Part shown: positions 29,124 through 38,861 of the stretch, piece by piece
Layout of the letters: each line of letters opens with the position of its first letter
How positions within the stretch are numbered: position 1 is the stretch's first letter
Virus record (IMG/VR): IMGVR_UViG_3300010885_021377
Coordinates: 16,142 to 80,141 of that record
Length of the DNA stretch: 64,000 bases
Source of the DNA: a virus
Lineage: Duplodnaviria > Caudoviricetes
Strand: one strand, 5' to 3'
The notes under the pieces: model-generated
Database searches by the model: none
Seen by the model: the letters and a program-made list of their open reading frames with translations, nothing else
What the model was told of the DNA's origin: nothing
Made by a program: the position numbers and the translations under genes

Positions 29124-29151
29124 ATCATACACTAATTTTCAAAAAGATCAA
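29124..29151 (-). promoter_or_regulatory. Sigma70-type promoter TTGATC-16-TATGAT
   Basis: -10 ends 6 nt before ATG 29117. Confidence 0.65.
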
Positions 29152-29606
29152 TCACTAAATGAGTCATCTTCAGTAGAATCTAAAATAGGTTTCACATAAA
29201 TATGTCCTTCCGATTGTGACATTTCTTCTTCATATTTTCTCTGGCGATATTCAGTAAGAGTATCGTGATGCTTTTTTTCTTTCTTTATTCTATTAATAAA
29301 TGCATGAAATGCTATAGTAGTAAAATAACCGAAAGGTGATGTATTATTAGAAACATCAAACTTTTTTCTTTTTAATGCGCTGAACATTTTTATTAACGCA
29401 TCTCCTATCATATCTTCTTTGTATGAATAGTTTATAAATTTTCCATTATAGCCTAATCCTTCTGCTATTTTATTTAAACAATCCCCTAAAAAATCCGTAC
29501 AAAAACCGGTTTGGTAATATGTCGTTATTTCTTCTTTGAATAATATAGGATCTACATAATATGCATCTTTTTTCTTTTTGGGCTTCTCTGTTATTTCATT
29601 TATCAT
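29148..29606 (-). CDS. gp55: Late-transcription sigma factor (T4 gp55-like)
   Basis: KIAEGLGYNGKFINYSYKEDMIGDAL...SPFGYFTTIAFHAFINRIKKEKK. Confidence 0.92.
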   Translation of the reverse strand: MINEITEKPKKKKDAYYVDPILFKEEITTYYQTGFCTDFLGDCLNKIAEGLGYNGKFINYSYKEDMIGDALIKMFSALKRKKFDVSNNTSPFGYFTTIAFHAFINRIKKEKKHHDTLTEYRQRKYEEEMSQSEGHIYVKPILDSTEDDSFSD

Positions 29607-29613
29607 TTCATGT

Positions 29614-29641
29614 ATTATACATTAATAATAATGATAATCAA
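29614..29641 (-). promoter_or_regulatory. Sigma70-type promoter TTGATT-16-TATAAT
   Basis: -10 ends 7 nt before the gp55 ATG. Confidence 0.7.
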
Positions 29642-31078
29642 CTACTTTTCCTCTATTAAATGCTGACTATATGCAATATGTTCTTTATTGTATATTTCTT
29701 TACGTTTTTGCGCATGTTCTTTACCATAATTTAACATATCACAAATATCAATAATGGTAAGAGTTTCTTTATTATCGTTTAATCTTAGACCTCTTCCGAT
29801 ACTCTGTACAGTTCTTATAAAGCTTTTCCCTCCAGCGGCAAATATTATCATATGAATATTTTTAATATTAACTCCTGTAGAAAATATAGCACTGACTGCT
29901 ATACAGATTACATTATTAAAACTTTCCATTATACCTTTTACTCGATCTCGTTCTTCTACCTCTACCTCTCCTCTAATGAAAAAAATTTGTTTCCCTGTCA
30001 AATTATTAACAAGTAGATCATATAAATGCTGTCCATGATTAATATTATTGATCAATATTAATATATTATTTTTAAAATTGTTACATGTTGTCTGTATGAT
30101 CTTGTTTCGAAATATATTGTTTGATATAAATACCAATTCGTTGTGGTAATCATCCGTAGTGTTCCCGGTATTTATTATAGGTTTAGGAACATCTTTATAT
30201 AATAAATTAAACATTCTGACATGAACCGTAGATAAAAACTTCTCTTCTCTTAATTCATACGAGCTTTTTATTATTAATACTTCCCCTAGTTTTCCTATAA
30301 CATTCCATTTGTCTATATTATCTTCTGGAAGAGTACCAGTAAACCCGAATTTATTTGGGGTTTTAATTTTATCTAATAGTTTTGAGGATTTATTACTCTT
30401 ACCCATTTTATGGGCTTCATCTACTATTAATATATCTATATCTTGGATCCATTTATTTTGGTCTAATTTACTTCTTAATATATCTATATTTGCTATAATA
30501 ACATTACATGCTAAATTCGGTTTTATACTACCTGTCCATCTAGTATGTGTAAAACTTACATTATACGACTCGAAATCCGTATTAGTTTGATTTACCAAGC
30601 TTAAATCTGGTACTATAATAAGACATTTGAAATTTTTAATATCTTTAGCATGCAAATAAAAATTCTCTATTAAAGTTGCTATGATCAAAGTTTTTCCCGC
30701 TCCAGTACCCAATAATGCAACACCCCTTCCTTGTATCATGCATTTTTTAACTGTTTCTTCTTGATAATCTCTTAAATCTAATGATAGTCTTTTTATTAAA
30801 GGTTTATCTAAAGATGGATTACTTACTTTTACAAAAGTTTCAGAATATTCAAAATTTATATTATATTTTTTAGTTTCTATGAAATTTTTAATTTCTCCAA
30901 ATAGACCTATATCAAATATTCCGTTCGGTGCTATAGCATAAAGTCTTTTTGGAATATAAAATGAACGATTAAATTTAGCTGCTGGATTTTCGATAGAAAA
31001 ATGTTCTCGAATTTCTGAAAATCTATCTCCAGAAATTATAGCCTTACCTCGTTTTTCATCATAATCCAAATTTATCAT
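29642..31078 (-). CDS. uvsW: SF2 DNA helicase UvsW
   Basis: LRDYQ, TGAGKT, VDEAH, GFTGT, FSTGVNI, QSIGRGLR. Confidence 0.93.
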   Translation of the reverse strand: MINLDYDEKRGKAIISGDRFSEIREHFSIENPAAKFNRSFYIPKRLYAIAPNGIFDIGLFGEIKNFIETKKYNINFEYSETFVKVSNPSLDKPLIKRLSLDLRDYQEETVKKCMIQGRGVALLGTGAGKTLIIATLIENFYLHAKDIKNFKCLIIVPDLSLVNQTNTDFESYNVSFTHTRWTGSIKPNLACNVIIANIDILRSKLDQNKWIQDIDILIVDEAHKMGKSNKSSKLLDKIKTPNKFGFTGTLPEDNIDKWNVIGKLGEVLIIKSSYELREEKFLSTVHVRMFNLLYKDVPKPIINTGNTTDDYHNELVFISNNIFRNKIIQTTCNNFKNNILILINNINHGQHLYDLLVNNLTGKQIFFIRGEVEVEERDRVKGIMESFNNVICIAVSAIFSTGVNIKNIHMIIFAAGGKSFIRTVQSIGRGLRLNDNKETLTIIDICDMLNYGKEHAQKRKEIYNKEHIAYSQHLIEEK

Positions 31079-31473
31079 TATAATTGCTCTAACTTAGTGG
31101 TTTCTATCGCATTCTTTACATCTTCTGTAAAGGAAGCAAAAACCCACTTAGAATCTTCTAAATATTTAACTAAATGTTCGTGTTCTGTTATTTTTTTATC
31201 CAAATCTACCATTTCTGGCATTTCCTCTAACATTTTTTCCAAATTAACTTTTGATAACTTTACCGGAGAAGCTGCCTCGGCCTTTTCTAATAAAGCTTTT
31301 ATTATTTTGACTTTTTTATTCTTTAATTCTGATATTTCTATGCGATGATCGTTTAATCTTGCTATCCAGAAATGTTTTTTGGATGGCACTAACATAGCAG
31401 TTTCTTTTAAATTAAAAGAATCAAATTTTAAATCATCTGAAATTTCCTTTTTATATCTATTATAAAGATCCAT
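31078..31473 (-). CDS. uvsY: Recombination mediator UvsY-like
   Basis: MDLYNRYKKEISDDLKFDSFNLKE...KHFWIARL resembles T4 UvsY; coupled to uvsW; TTGAAT-17-TATAAT upstream supports this start (track start 31581). Confidence 0.75.
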   Translation of the reverse strand: MDLYNRYKKEISDDLKFDSFNLKETAMLVPSKKHFWIARLNDHRIEISELKNKKVKIIKALLEKAEAASPVKLSKVNLEKMLEEMPEMVDLDKKITEHEHLVKYLEDSKWVFASFTEDVKNAIETTKLEQL

Positions 31474-31511
31474 AATACTGTATATTATATCACATTTAAT
31501 TAAATAATTCA

Positions 31512-31745
31512 ATGAGCAAATTTGATATTTTATATACCCAAATAATGGAACAAATGGTTGCTGGAGGTTCCGGTAGTGCATTAGGAAACCCAGCTTCCGG
31601 TCAAATTGGTAGTCATGGTAACCAAATAGGAAATACGGATTTTTGGAACCCCGGTTCTAACGTAATTGCTCATCCGGTTTTTGGTAAAATTCAAAAAAGA
31701 AATTTAAATAGTAATAAATCTTCTGGTAAAAACAAAAAGAAGTAA
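31512..31745 (+). CDS. Small late protein (candidate head-internal protein)
   Basis: TAAATA 5 nt upstream; MSKFDILYTQIME-Q; basic tail. Confidence 0.65.
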   Translation: MSKFDILYTQIMEQMVAGGSGSALGNPASGQIGSHGNQIGNTDFWNPGSNVIAHPVFGKIQKRNLNSNKSSGKNKKK

Positions 31746-31756
31746 TAATTAGTATA

Positions 31757-32155
31757 ATGGATTTAGGACATTGGGTTACTTCGTTATCAACAATACCAGA
31801 AAATCCTTATGGATTTATATATATTATAACTAATACTATTACAGATAGAAAATATATAGGCAAAAAACAAATGATATCTAATATCAGACGGAAACCCTTA
31901 AAGGGGAAAACAAGAGTTAGACGTTGCACCAAAGAATCCAAGTGGAAGACTTACACAAGTAGTTCTAAAGAATTAAATGAAGATATTATAAAATATGGAA
32001 TAAATCAATTTAATTTTGAAATATTAAGATTTTGTCATAATAAAAGTCAAATGGCTTATTTTGAAGCAAAAGAACAATTTGACAGAGAAGTTCTTCTGAA
32101 AAACGATTTTTATAATGGAATAATTAATCTTCGTCTAGGAAAAGTTAAATTTTAG
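31757..32155 (+). CDS. GIY-YIG domain protein
   Basis: YGFIYIITNTITDRKYIGKK...FNFEIL...YFEAKEQF...FYN. Confidence 0.75.
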   Translation: MDLGHWVTSLSTIPENPYGFIYIITNTITDRKYIGKKQMISNIRRKPLKGKTRVRRCTKESKWKTYTSSSKELNEDIIKYGINQFNFEILRFCHNKSQMAYFEAKEQFDREVLLKNDFYNGIINLRLGKVKF

Positions 32156-32183
32156 TTGACTTTAAAATAACTCATGGTATAAT
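32156..32183 (+). promoter_or_regulatory. Sigma70-type promoter TTGACT-16-TATAAT (extended TG)
   Basis: -10 ends 5 nt before ATG 32189. Confidence 0.75.
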
Positions 32184-32188
32184 AAACC

Positions 32189-32701
32189 ATGATCCTAAAC
32201 AAGGAATTCAAAGAATATAATATAAATCTTATATTTTTAAATTCTGTATTATCTGAAAATATAGAATTAGATATTTCAAATTTTCTATATGAAAATAATT
32301 TAAATCTAACACTAAAATCCAGAGATTTGAATAATTTATTCAAGCATTTTATTATTGATAATATAATAAAACAAATAAAACCCGAATTAGACAATATATT
32401 TATTATAAACTTTAATTATAATTTAAAATATTTGCAACTTTCCTTCGACGAAGAAGATTGTAAAACAATTATAAACAAAATTTTAAAAAAGTCAATAAAA
32501 ATATTTAGTTTTAATATTTTCGAGTCTGAAAATACAGAAACTTCTGACTTACATTTTATTTTAAAACTTAAAAAATGTATACAAAACAAGAGTATAACCA
32601 ATTTTAAAAAGATTAGACAGTATACGGAGGATAATAAATTAACGCAATTATCTTCAAAACTTAAATTTAATATAAAAACTAAATTATTATTAAATAAATA
32701 A
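32189..32701 (+). CDS. Hypothetical protein
   Basis: 170-aa very AT-rich ORF with its own promoter. Confidence 0.6.
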   Translation: MILNKEFKEYNINLIFLNSVLSENIELDISNFLYENNLNLTLKSRDLNNLFKHFIIDNIIKQIKPELDNIFIINFNYNLKYLQLSFDEEDCKTIINKILKKSIKIFSFNIFESENTETSDLHFILKLKKCIQNKSITNFKKIRQYTEDNKLTQLSSKLKFNIKTKLLLNK

Positions 32702-32705
32702 ATAT

Positions 32706-33158
32706 ATGAAATTTTCTAATTTAGTTAAAAACTCTTATAAATTATTAGAACAAAGTCCTCAGGAAATGGGAGCAGACGCCGCAATGCCACCTCAAGCACC
32801 GGGAGGAGGTATACCCGGTCCAACTCCTCAACAACAACAAGCAGGAGAAGATATAGATAAAGCTGGTAAAAAAATGTCTGATCAAGTAGAAACTGCAATG
32901 GATGAGATGGTATCCCTAATTGGTAAGATTGTAGACTTTTTAAGAAATGAACAACGGATAGGACATACTAAGTATACTCCAAAGATACAAACACTTTTAA
33001 ATAAGATAAAAATTGCCACTACCTCACCCACATCAGTCCAAGGATTGGGGGATATTGAGGATGCAGTATCCGAAGTTGATGAATATTATAATAAAAAATC
33101 GGAAGAACCTGTAATCGAAGGTTTTTTCTATAAAAAATATATAAAGAAAGGTAAATAG
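32706..33158 (+). CDS. Hypothetical late protein (candidate head-internal protein)
   Basis: TAAATA 5 nt upstream; MKFSNLVKNSYKLLE-Q; P/G/Q-rich segment. Confidence 0.65.
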   Translation: MKFSNLVKNSYKLLEQSPQEMGADAAMPPQAPGGGIPGPTPQQQQAGEDIDKAGKKMSDQVETAMDEMVSLIGKIVDFLRNEQRIGHTKYTPKIQTLLNKIKIATTSPTSVQGLGDIEDAVSEVDEYYNKKSEEPVIEGFFYKKYIKKGK

Positions 33159-33162
33159 TTTC

Positions 33163-33558
33163 ATGCCTTTAAAATCTGGATCTTCTCAAGAAACTATTAG
33201 TAAAAATATTTCAGAATTAGAACATTCAGGACGAAAGCATAAACAAGCGGTCGCAATATCATTAGATAATGCAAAAAAAAGTAAAAATCAATCATCAGAA
33301 GATATGAAAAAAGAATCATACGACGATAAAATTAATAAGTATCTTTCAAAATATATATTTGAAGGTAAAATTAAAGACGAAGATTCTGAGGGTATTTCTC
33401 CCGAAGAAGAGAGTTTAGCAATTAAACAAAAACAGGAAGAAATTAATTCCTTAAAGAAAGCTGCCAATCCAAATTCACCGGAAGCTAAAGCTATAGCGGC
33501 AGTTGGTGGTCTTAAAAATGATAAGACCAAAAAACCAGCACTTACTTCTACTCTATAA
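33163..33558 (+). CDS. Hypothetical late protein
   Basis: TAAATA 5 nt upstream; MPLKSGSSQETISKNISEL...KQAVAISL motif recalled from many small phage proteins. Confidence 0.65.
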   Translation: MPLKSGSSQETISKNISELEHSGRKHKQAVAISLDNAKKSKNQSSEDMKKESYDDKINKYLSKYIFEGKIKDEDSEGISPEEESLAIKQKQEEINSLKKAANPNSPEAKAIAAVGGLKNDKTKKPALTSTL

Positions 33559-33573
33559 TGACTAAATAATTGA

Positions 33574-33981
33574 ATGATCCTATTCAAGGAATTTTATTCA
33601 AATTTAGAACCCAAAGTTACGTTTTTACCTAAAGAAAACATAACTATACGAGATGTTGGTACTTATACTGCAAAAGTAGATACAGGAAATGATGCATATA
33701 ATGCTTTACATGGAGAAGATATAAAGATTGATGGTAATGTCGTAACCTTCAAAACCGATAACGGAAAAGAAATACAAAAACCTTTAATAGATACTATCAA
33801 GATTAATGTAGGAGCTTCTACTGTAGAAAATCGACCTATTGTAAAGTTCGATTTTAAACTTAAAGGAAAAATATATAAGGATATAAAATTTAGTATCTGT
33901 GATCGAAAAGATAATGACGAAAAAGTTTTATTAGGATTAGATTTTCTAAAACCTATAAATGCTGTAATAGAAGTTAAATAA
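33574..33981 (+). CDS. Retropepsin-like aspartic protease (RimK-associated type)
   Basis: AKVDTGND catalytic motif, ENRPIV, FSICDR, VLLGLDFL; TAAATA upstream. Confidence 0.8.
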   Translation: MILFKEFYSNLEPKVTFLPKENITIRDVGTYTAKVDTGNDAYNALHGEDIKIDGNVVTFKTDNGKEIQKPLIDTIKINVGASTVENRPIVKFDFKLKGKIYKDIKFSICDRKDNDEKVLLGLDFLKPINAVIEVK

Positions 33982-33986
33982 TCGTT

Positions 33987-34412
33987 ATGAATAGTAGATT
34001 TGCAGAATTTTTAGGAAATGCGTTTAGAACCGCAAATCTTCGAAAAGTTAGATTAAAAGTTGATCCAGCCTTTTGTGAAAAGGGTGAAATATCTAAGTAT
34101 CAAGGATACGAAGGTTATATTTTAGCAGAAGATGGTATTACTGCTAAGATGTATTTTGAAGAAATTGACGGTGGTGTGATTGCATCAATACCCTGTGACA
34201 TGATTGATGTGGAAAGTGGATTATCAAAATTTGAAAAGTTTAAATTAAATGTTTTAGTATTTTTAAAAGAGGAAAAGGGTATGTGTTTTAACAGCCCTTT
34301 GGTTCAAATGGTAATGAATTCTTCTGATATACGGATGTTGGAAACTTTTTTGAAAGATAATGGATGTAATGACGAAGATCTTTTAAACATATATAGAACG
34401 GAATATTTATAA
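33987..34412 (+). CDS. Hypothetical late protein
   Basis: TAAATA 6 nt upstream; 141 aa. Confidence 0.6.
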   Translation: MNSRFAEFLGNAFRTANLRKVRLKVDPAFCEKGEISKYQGYEGYILAEDGITAKMYFEEIDGGVIASIPCDMIDVESGLSKFEKFKLNVLVFLKEEKGMCFNSPLVQMVMNSSDIRMLETFLKDNGCNDEDLLNIYRTEYL

Positions 34413-35086
34413 TGAAATTTAATAAGCTTTATAAGCAATATATGGAATCGTTTGTATCAGAAGGATTGTTGGGTTCTATAGCATCTGCAATTCCACGAAC
34501 TATAGCATCTACAGTAGGAAATGTAGTCAAACAAGCTTATGCTGATAATCCATATGTTCAAGCATATGGTCAAGTACGACAAGCACAAAAAGGAGAAAGG
34601 GAGGCTCAAAGAACTAAAGAAGATGCCGTACTTGAAAAAGTTAAAAAAGAATTAATGGATGATCCTTCGTTTATTAATAAAAAAATTTCATTTCAAGATC
34701 CATCTAAAAGTTTAAATGTAACAGCTTCTTACAACGAATTAACTAATTATAGGTTAACTGTAATAAACAGAGCAAGTCAAGAGGAAATTAAAGAACTTAT
34801 CCAAGAAAAAGATTTAAATAATCCAAATATCTACGATGATACTGCTAAAAAACTTATAATTGACAAAATACAAAAAGTAGTTGATCAAATGAACAAGGAA
34901 AGCAAACAAGATAAAGGAGAAGATTATAACAAAGTCAAGACCGATGTTAAACAAGTTTTACTTAAATTGGATAGAATGCTCAAAGATTTATTTAAACCAA
35001 TATCAAATGAAAATATCGGAAAAAAGATTATATGGATGTATATCATAACGGCAATTACCGGAGAAAATCTTACTATTAATCGATAA
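34412..35086 (+). CDS. Hypothetical protein (candidate head-internal protein)
   Basis: Coupled by TAATG; MKFNKLYKQYMESFVSE-G. Confidence 0.6.
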   Translation: MKFNKLYKQYMESFVSEGLLGSIASAIPRTIASTVGNVVKQAYADNPYVQAYGQVRQAQKGEREAQRTKEDAVLEKVKKELMDDPSFINKKISFQDPSKSLNVTASYNELTNYRLTVINRASQEEIKELIQEKDLNNPNIYDDTAKKLIIDKIQKVVDQMNKESKQDKGEDYNKVKTDVKQVLLKLDRMLKDLFKPISNENIGKKIIWMYIITAITGENLTINR

Positions 35087-35373
35087 TGGATGCCGATCTT
35101 TCTGCGCTATATACTAATAGAGTTCAGCCCAGAGGAAAAATAACTATGTCTAGTGGAGCATCGTTCGGAGGAACTTCTTTTGAAAGAGACCCACATTTTA
35201 TAAATTTAGAACAATCCGTATTTTCTAAAATATCGGAACTTACCAAAGAAAAAGAAACAACCCATAGACCAGAAAATAAATCCAATAGTCTAAGGGTTGT
35301 TTCTGTAGAAGATGCAATTAAAGAATTACAAATACTTAATGTTAATGTATCTGAACCGTTTCTAGCTTCTTAA
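35086..35373 (+). CDS. Hypothetical protein
   Basis: Coupled by TAATG; 95 aa. Confidence 0.55.
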   Translation: MDADLSALYTNRVQPRGKITMSSGASFGGTSFERDPHFINLEQSVFSKISELTKEKETTHRPENKSNSLRVVSVEDAIKELQILNVNVSEPFLAS

Positions 35374-36109
35374 CAATAAATTTTAATATTTGAGACCTAA
35401 CAACTTCGTTTTCAGTAAAAATAAAGTTGTGTATTCCCTTTTCTTCGCTTTCTTCGTTGTCGAAAACGTGACGTATTTTAGAAAATCCATTTTTCGATGC
35501 TCCAATATCAGATTGGAAACTATCTCCAATTACTATATATTTGGTATTTTCTCCAAATCGCGTTAATATAGTTGTTAATTCTGCTGTAGTCATATTTTGG
35601 GATTCATCTACGATGACTACACTATCTCTGAAAGTAAGACCTCTTACGAAATTTACGGGCATACATTTGATGTAATTATTTCTTATAAGTTCTCCTCCAA
35701 TTTTAGGCCCAACCAATTCGTCCAATTTTTCAATTAAAGGCAACGACCAAGGTTGGAATTTATCCTGCAATTCTCCGGGAAGACTCCCCATACTTTTAGA
35801 TGCACTTTCTACTATAGATCTTATATAGACTATTTGACTGATTTGTTTCTTTAGCAACATTTGTAATGCTCCATAAACTGCAAGATAAGACTTCCCTGAG
35901 CCTGCTGGGCCGTCTACAAAGACCATTTTAGTATCTTTGTATAGCATCATTTCCATGAAGGAATTATGAATATCATTTAATTTAAACTGGTTGTGTATTT
36001 TATAATTTAAAAACCATTCCTTTTTTGTGCTAGTTTCAATGTTATTGAGTAGTATATATTCCTCGACATTGTTGTCAAGGACTTCCTTTTTCCTAGTTTT
36101 TTTAGCCAT
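35342..36109 (-). CDS. phoH: PhoH-like ATPase
   Basis: VDGPAGSGKSYLA, RSIVE, GSLPGELQDK, RGLTF, VDESQN, LTRFGEN, GDSFQSD. Confidence 0.95.
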   Translation of the reverse strand: MAKKTRKKEVLDNNVEEYILLNNIETSTKKEWFLNYKIHNQFKLNDIHNSFMEMMLYKDTKMVFVDGPAGSGKSYLAVYGALQMLLKKQISQIVYIRSIVESASKSMGSLPGELQDKFQPWSLPLIEKLDELVGPKIGGELIRNNYIKCMPVNFVRGLTFRDSVVIVDESQNMTTAELTTILTRFGENTKYIVIGDSFQSDIGASKNGFSKIRHVFDNEESEEKGIHNFIFTENEVVRSQILKFIVKKLETVQIH

Positions 36110-36181
36110 CCCTGTTATTTATACTATAAAAATTGAAAGTCATTGTGTTTTATTATTTCTTCTGATATACTAACTAGTATC

Positions 36182-36601
36182 ATGGACGAAAAAGATACTA
36201 ACAAAGTTTCTAAAATAATGATACTTCGAGCTGGAAGAGTTTTACTATTAAGATCAAAACATCTGAATAAATTTCATTTTCCGGGGGGTCATATTAAAAC
36301 TAATGAAACTTTCACTACCGGATTAATGAGAGAAGTTAAAGAAGAAACCGATTTAAATATTTCTTCTTGTAAAATTATTTATAAAAAACATAATTTTTGT
36401 CTATTTAAAGGATGGGTATATGCTGGGAATGTTAAATTAAGTGACGAACATAACGGTTTCGTATGGGTAAAAATCGAAGATGCACATATTAAATATCCGG
36501 TTTGTAAGTTTACTATGGATGGATTAAGAATTCTTCAATACGAATGGGATAAAATAAAAAAACAGAAGAAAAGACTTGAAAACCCAGAAAACGTAGACTA
36601 A
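36182..36601 (+). CDS. NUDIX hydrolase
   Basis: Nudix box GGHIKTNETFTTGLMREVKEETDL; TTGTGT-17-TATACT upstream supports this start (track start 36143). Confidence 0.88.
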   Translation: MDEKDTNKVSKIMILRAGRVLLLRSKHLNKFHFPGGHIKTNETFTTGLMREVKEETDLNISSCKIIYKKHNFCLFKGWVYAGNVKLSDEHNGFVWVKIEDAHIKYPVCKFTMDGLRILQYEWDKIKKQKKRLENPENVD

Positions 36602-36610
36602 TATATAAAT

Positions 36611-37375
36611 ATGAGAATTTGTATTTCTGGCACAGCCAATATAGGAAAATCTACTTTAATAAAAGACTTTATTAATAAATGGGAGATCTATAAAACACCG
36701 AAGACCTCCTATAGAGATGTAATAAAAGATAAAAATTATCCACATAATAAAAATTGTAATAAAGAGGGGCAATGGGCAATAATGAATCATATGATCGATG
36801 ATTTACAAAAATATAATAAAACTGATAATATATTGTTCGATAGAGGCCCGCTAGATTGTTTAGTATATTCTATATGGGCTTATGAAAAGGGATCATCAGA
36901 TATTGATAAGATTTTTATAGATAAACTTATTCCTTTGGTAAAGGAATCTATGAAACATATAGATTTGATATTTTTTCTTCCTGTTACTAAATTATCTCCC
37001 GTACAGATAGTGGATAATGGATCTAGAGATACGGATCCGGTCTTCATAGAAGAGATTGATAATATTTTCAAAGCTTTGTTTTTTCAATATCAGCATAATC
37101 TGGGAAAAACCCCATTCTTCGATTCCGAAGATTGTCCAGCAATGGTAGAAATATTCGGGAATCCCGAAGAACGCATAGCATTAATCCAACAATATTTAAA
37201 AGATGATGGAGAAGTATATGGGGAAGAAGAAGATACAATTCTAAATCCTAAATCGTTGATAGAAATCGAAAAGTTATTGAAAGAACAGGAAGATACACAT
37301 TCCAAAGAACAATCCTACAAAGAACAAGAAAAATTAATAAAAGAATATATTAAAAAATCTAAGATAAAAATTTAA
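36611..37375 (+). CDS. P-loop nucleoside monophosphate kinase-like protein
   Basis: ISGTANIGKST P-loop, DRGPLDCLVY, IDLIFFLP. Confidence 0.75.
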   Translation: MRICISGTANIGKSTLIKDFINKWEIYKTPKTSYRDVIKDKNYPHNKNCNKEGQWAIMNHMIDDLQKYNKTDNILFDRGPLDCLVYSIWAYEKGSSDIDKIFIDKLIPLVKESMKHIDLIFFLPVTKLSPVQIVDNGSRDTDPVFIEEIDNIFKALFFQYQHNLGKTPFFDSEDCPAMVEIFGNPEERIALIQQYLKDDGEVYGEEEDTILNPKSLIEIEKLLKEQEDTHSKEQSYKEQEKLIKEYIKKSKIKI

Positions 37376-38048
37376 TTGCGTATATATTATATATAGCATC
37401 TTCTGCTGCTGCAATATCTTCTTCAATTACTCCAAGATTATTAATCAAAGAAAGCACATCAGAAGCACTTACCAATAATGAAGTAGTATTAATTCTTAAT
37501 GGAGTTTCAGATCCCGCTAAAACTATCTTTGGACGAGTGAACTTACCCCTAATATTAATTACTGGTATGGTGCTATCTTCCATAGTGTCTATGCTTGTAG
37601 CATATGCAGGAAATTTCGCCGCATATGCATTTGCTGGAGATATGAAAATATCTGAAGTTGTCCATAAAATTCCCGAAGGGAGTAATCCGGTGGCTTCTCT
37701 ATTACCAGTTGTAATTGTGATTTGAGTTTTGGCAGCGGTTTGCTTATATGGAGATCCTGCCACGATATTAGAGACTGTAGTAGATAAATTCGTGAAGCTA
37801 GTGTCCAAGATGGATATTGCAGCCGACAATTTATTGTCCGAAATGGAAACATATGAAGATAGATTTATCAACGAATCTGTATTTTGAGTTACAGTATTGG
37901 TAATAATAGAATTAGCGGATGGTATTATAAAATTTTTAAAATCTATAATACTAGTACCACCGGTAGATTCTACTACAATATAATCTCCGTTTTTAGCTTC
38001 GGTTAATTCTGGTAAATCTTTAATATTGACGAATATGTCGGTTGCCAT
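37359..38048 (-). CDS. Hypothetical late structural protein
   Basis: TAAATA 5 nt upstream; N-terminal IKDLPELTEAKNGDYIVVE motif like that of the fibre gene at 8093. Confidence 0.6.
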   Translation of the reverse strand: MATDIFVNIKDLPELTEAKNGDYIVVESTGGTSIIDFKNFIIPSANSIITNTVTQNTDSLINLSSYVSISDNKLSAAISILDTSFTNLSTTVSNIVAGSPYKQTAAKTQITITTGNREATGLLPSGILWTTSDIFISPANAYAAKFPAYATSIDTMEDSTIPVINIRGKFTRPKIVLAGSETPLRINTTSLLVSASDVLSLINNLGVIEEDIAAAEDAIYNIYAIKFLS

Positions 38049-38102
38049 TTAATTATTTAACTACTTGTATTTCATTTAGTATATGATATAATTATTTAAA
38101 AT

Positions 38103-38861
38103 ATGATTGATATTCATACTTATATATTTGTTCACGACCAAAATATAATTTTAGATTATTTAAATATCGGAAAATTTAAAGATTTCTTAAATTTAACCTA
38201 TGTATTTCTGGGTAATAGACATTCAGATAAAATAGATAAATTAGATAATGTTATTATAGTTAATAAGCTTCCTATTAATATAGAACATATACCGAAATTA
38301 ACCTCATATACTGGTTGGTATGCTCTATGTGAAAATAATTTAATTAAATCTGATTATGTTAATTTATTTGAATATGATATCAACTATTCAAATAGCTTTA
38401 TAGAAAAAAATAAAGCATTGATTAATTCCAAACCCGATGCTGTAGGGTATTTCAATTTACCTGCAAAGCATCCATTATTTATAGAAGATAAAACCTATAG
38501 TGACGTTCTAATTAAAGATATTAAAGAAAAAACTGGTATCGATATGTTTCAATTAGTTGCAACTTACAGTAAGAAGAATCCAAATCTATTATGGCAGAAT
38601 ACCAGTAATTCGTCTTGGAAAGTTTCGATTCTTAAAGAATATGTTTTATGGGCTAAACAATTCCAAGAGGTTTTATCTAAATTTGAATATGCTGGACATG
38701 CAATCGAACGATCTATTAGTTTTTTCTATTATATTAAAAAACTAAATGTAAGTTTAACTAGTGGATTATTGGAACATTTACAATTAAATTCACATAAATC
38801 TGATCCACTTCTACCAAAGAATGATAATAGATTTAATGAAGGTTATAAAAAATTAATATGA
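38103..38861 (+). CDS. Putative glycosyltransferase-related protein
   Basis: First gene of the glycan locus; FEYD (DxD-like) and HAIERSISFF motifs; TTGTAT-16-TATAAT upstream. Confidence 0.5.
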   Translation: MIDIHTYIFVHDQNIILDYLNIGKFKDFLNLTYVFLGNRHSDKIDKLDNVIIVNKLPINIEHIPKLTSYTGWYALCENNLIKSDYVNLFEYDINYSNSFIEKNKALINSKPDAVGYFNLPAKHPLFIEDKTYSDVLIKDIKEKTGIDMFQLVATYSKKNPNLLWQNTSNSSWKVSILKEYVLWAKQFQEVLSKFEYAGHAIERSISFFYYIKKLNVSLTSGLLEHLQLNSHKSDPLLPKNDNRFNEGYKKLI

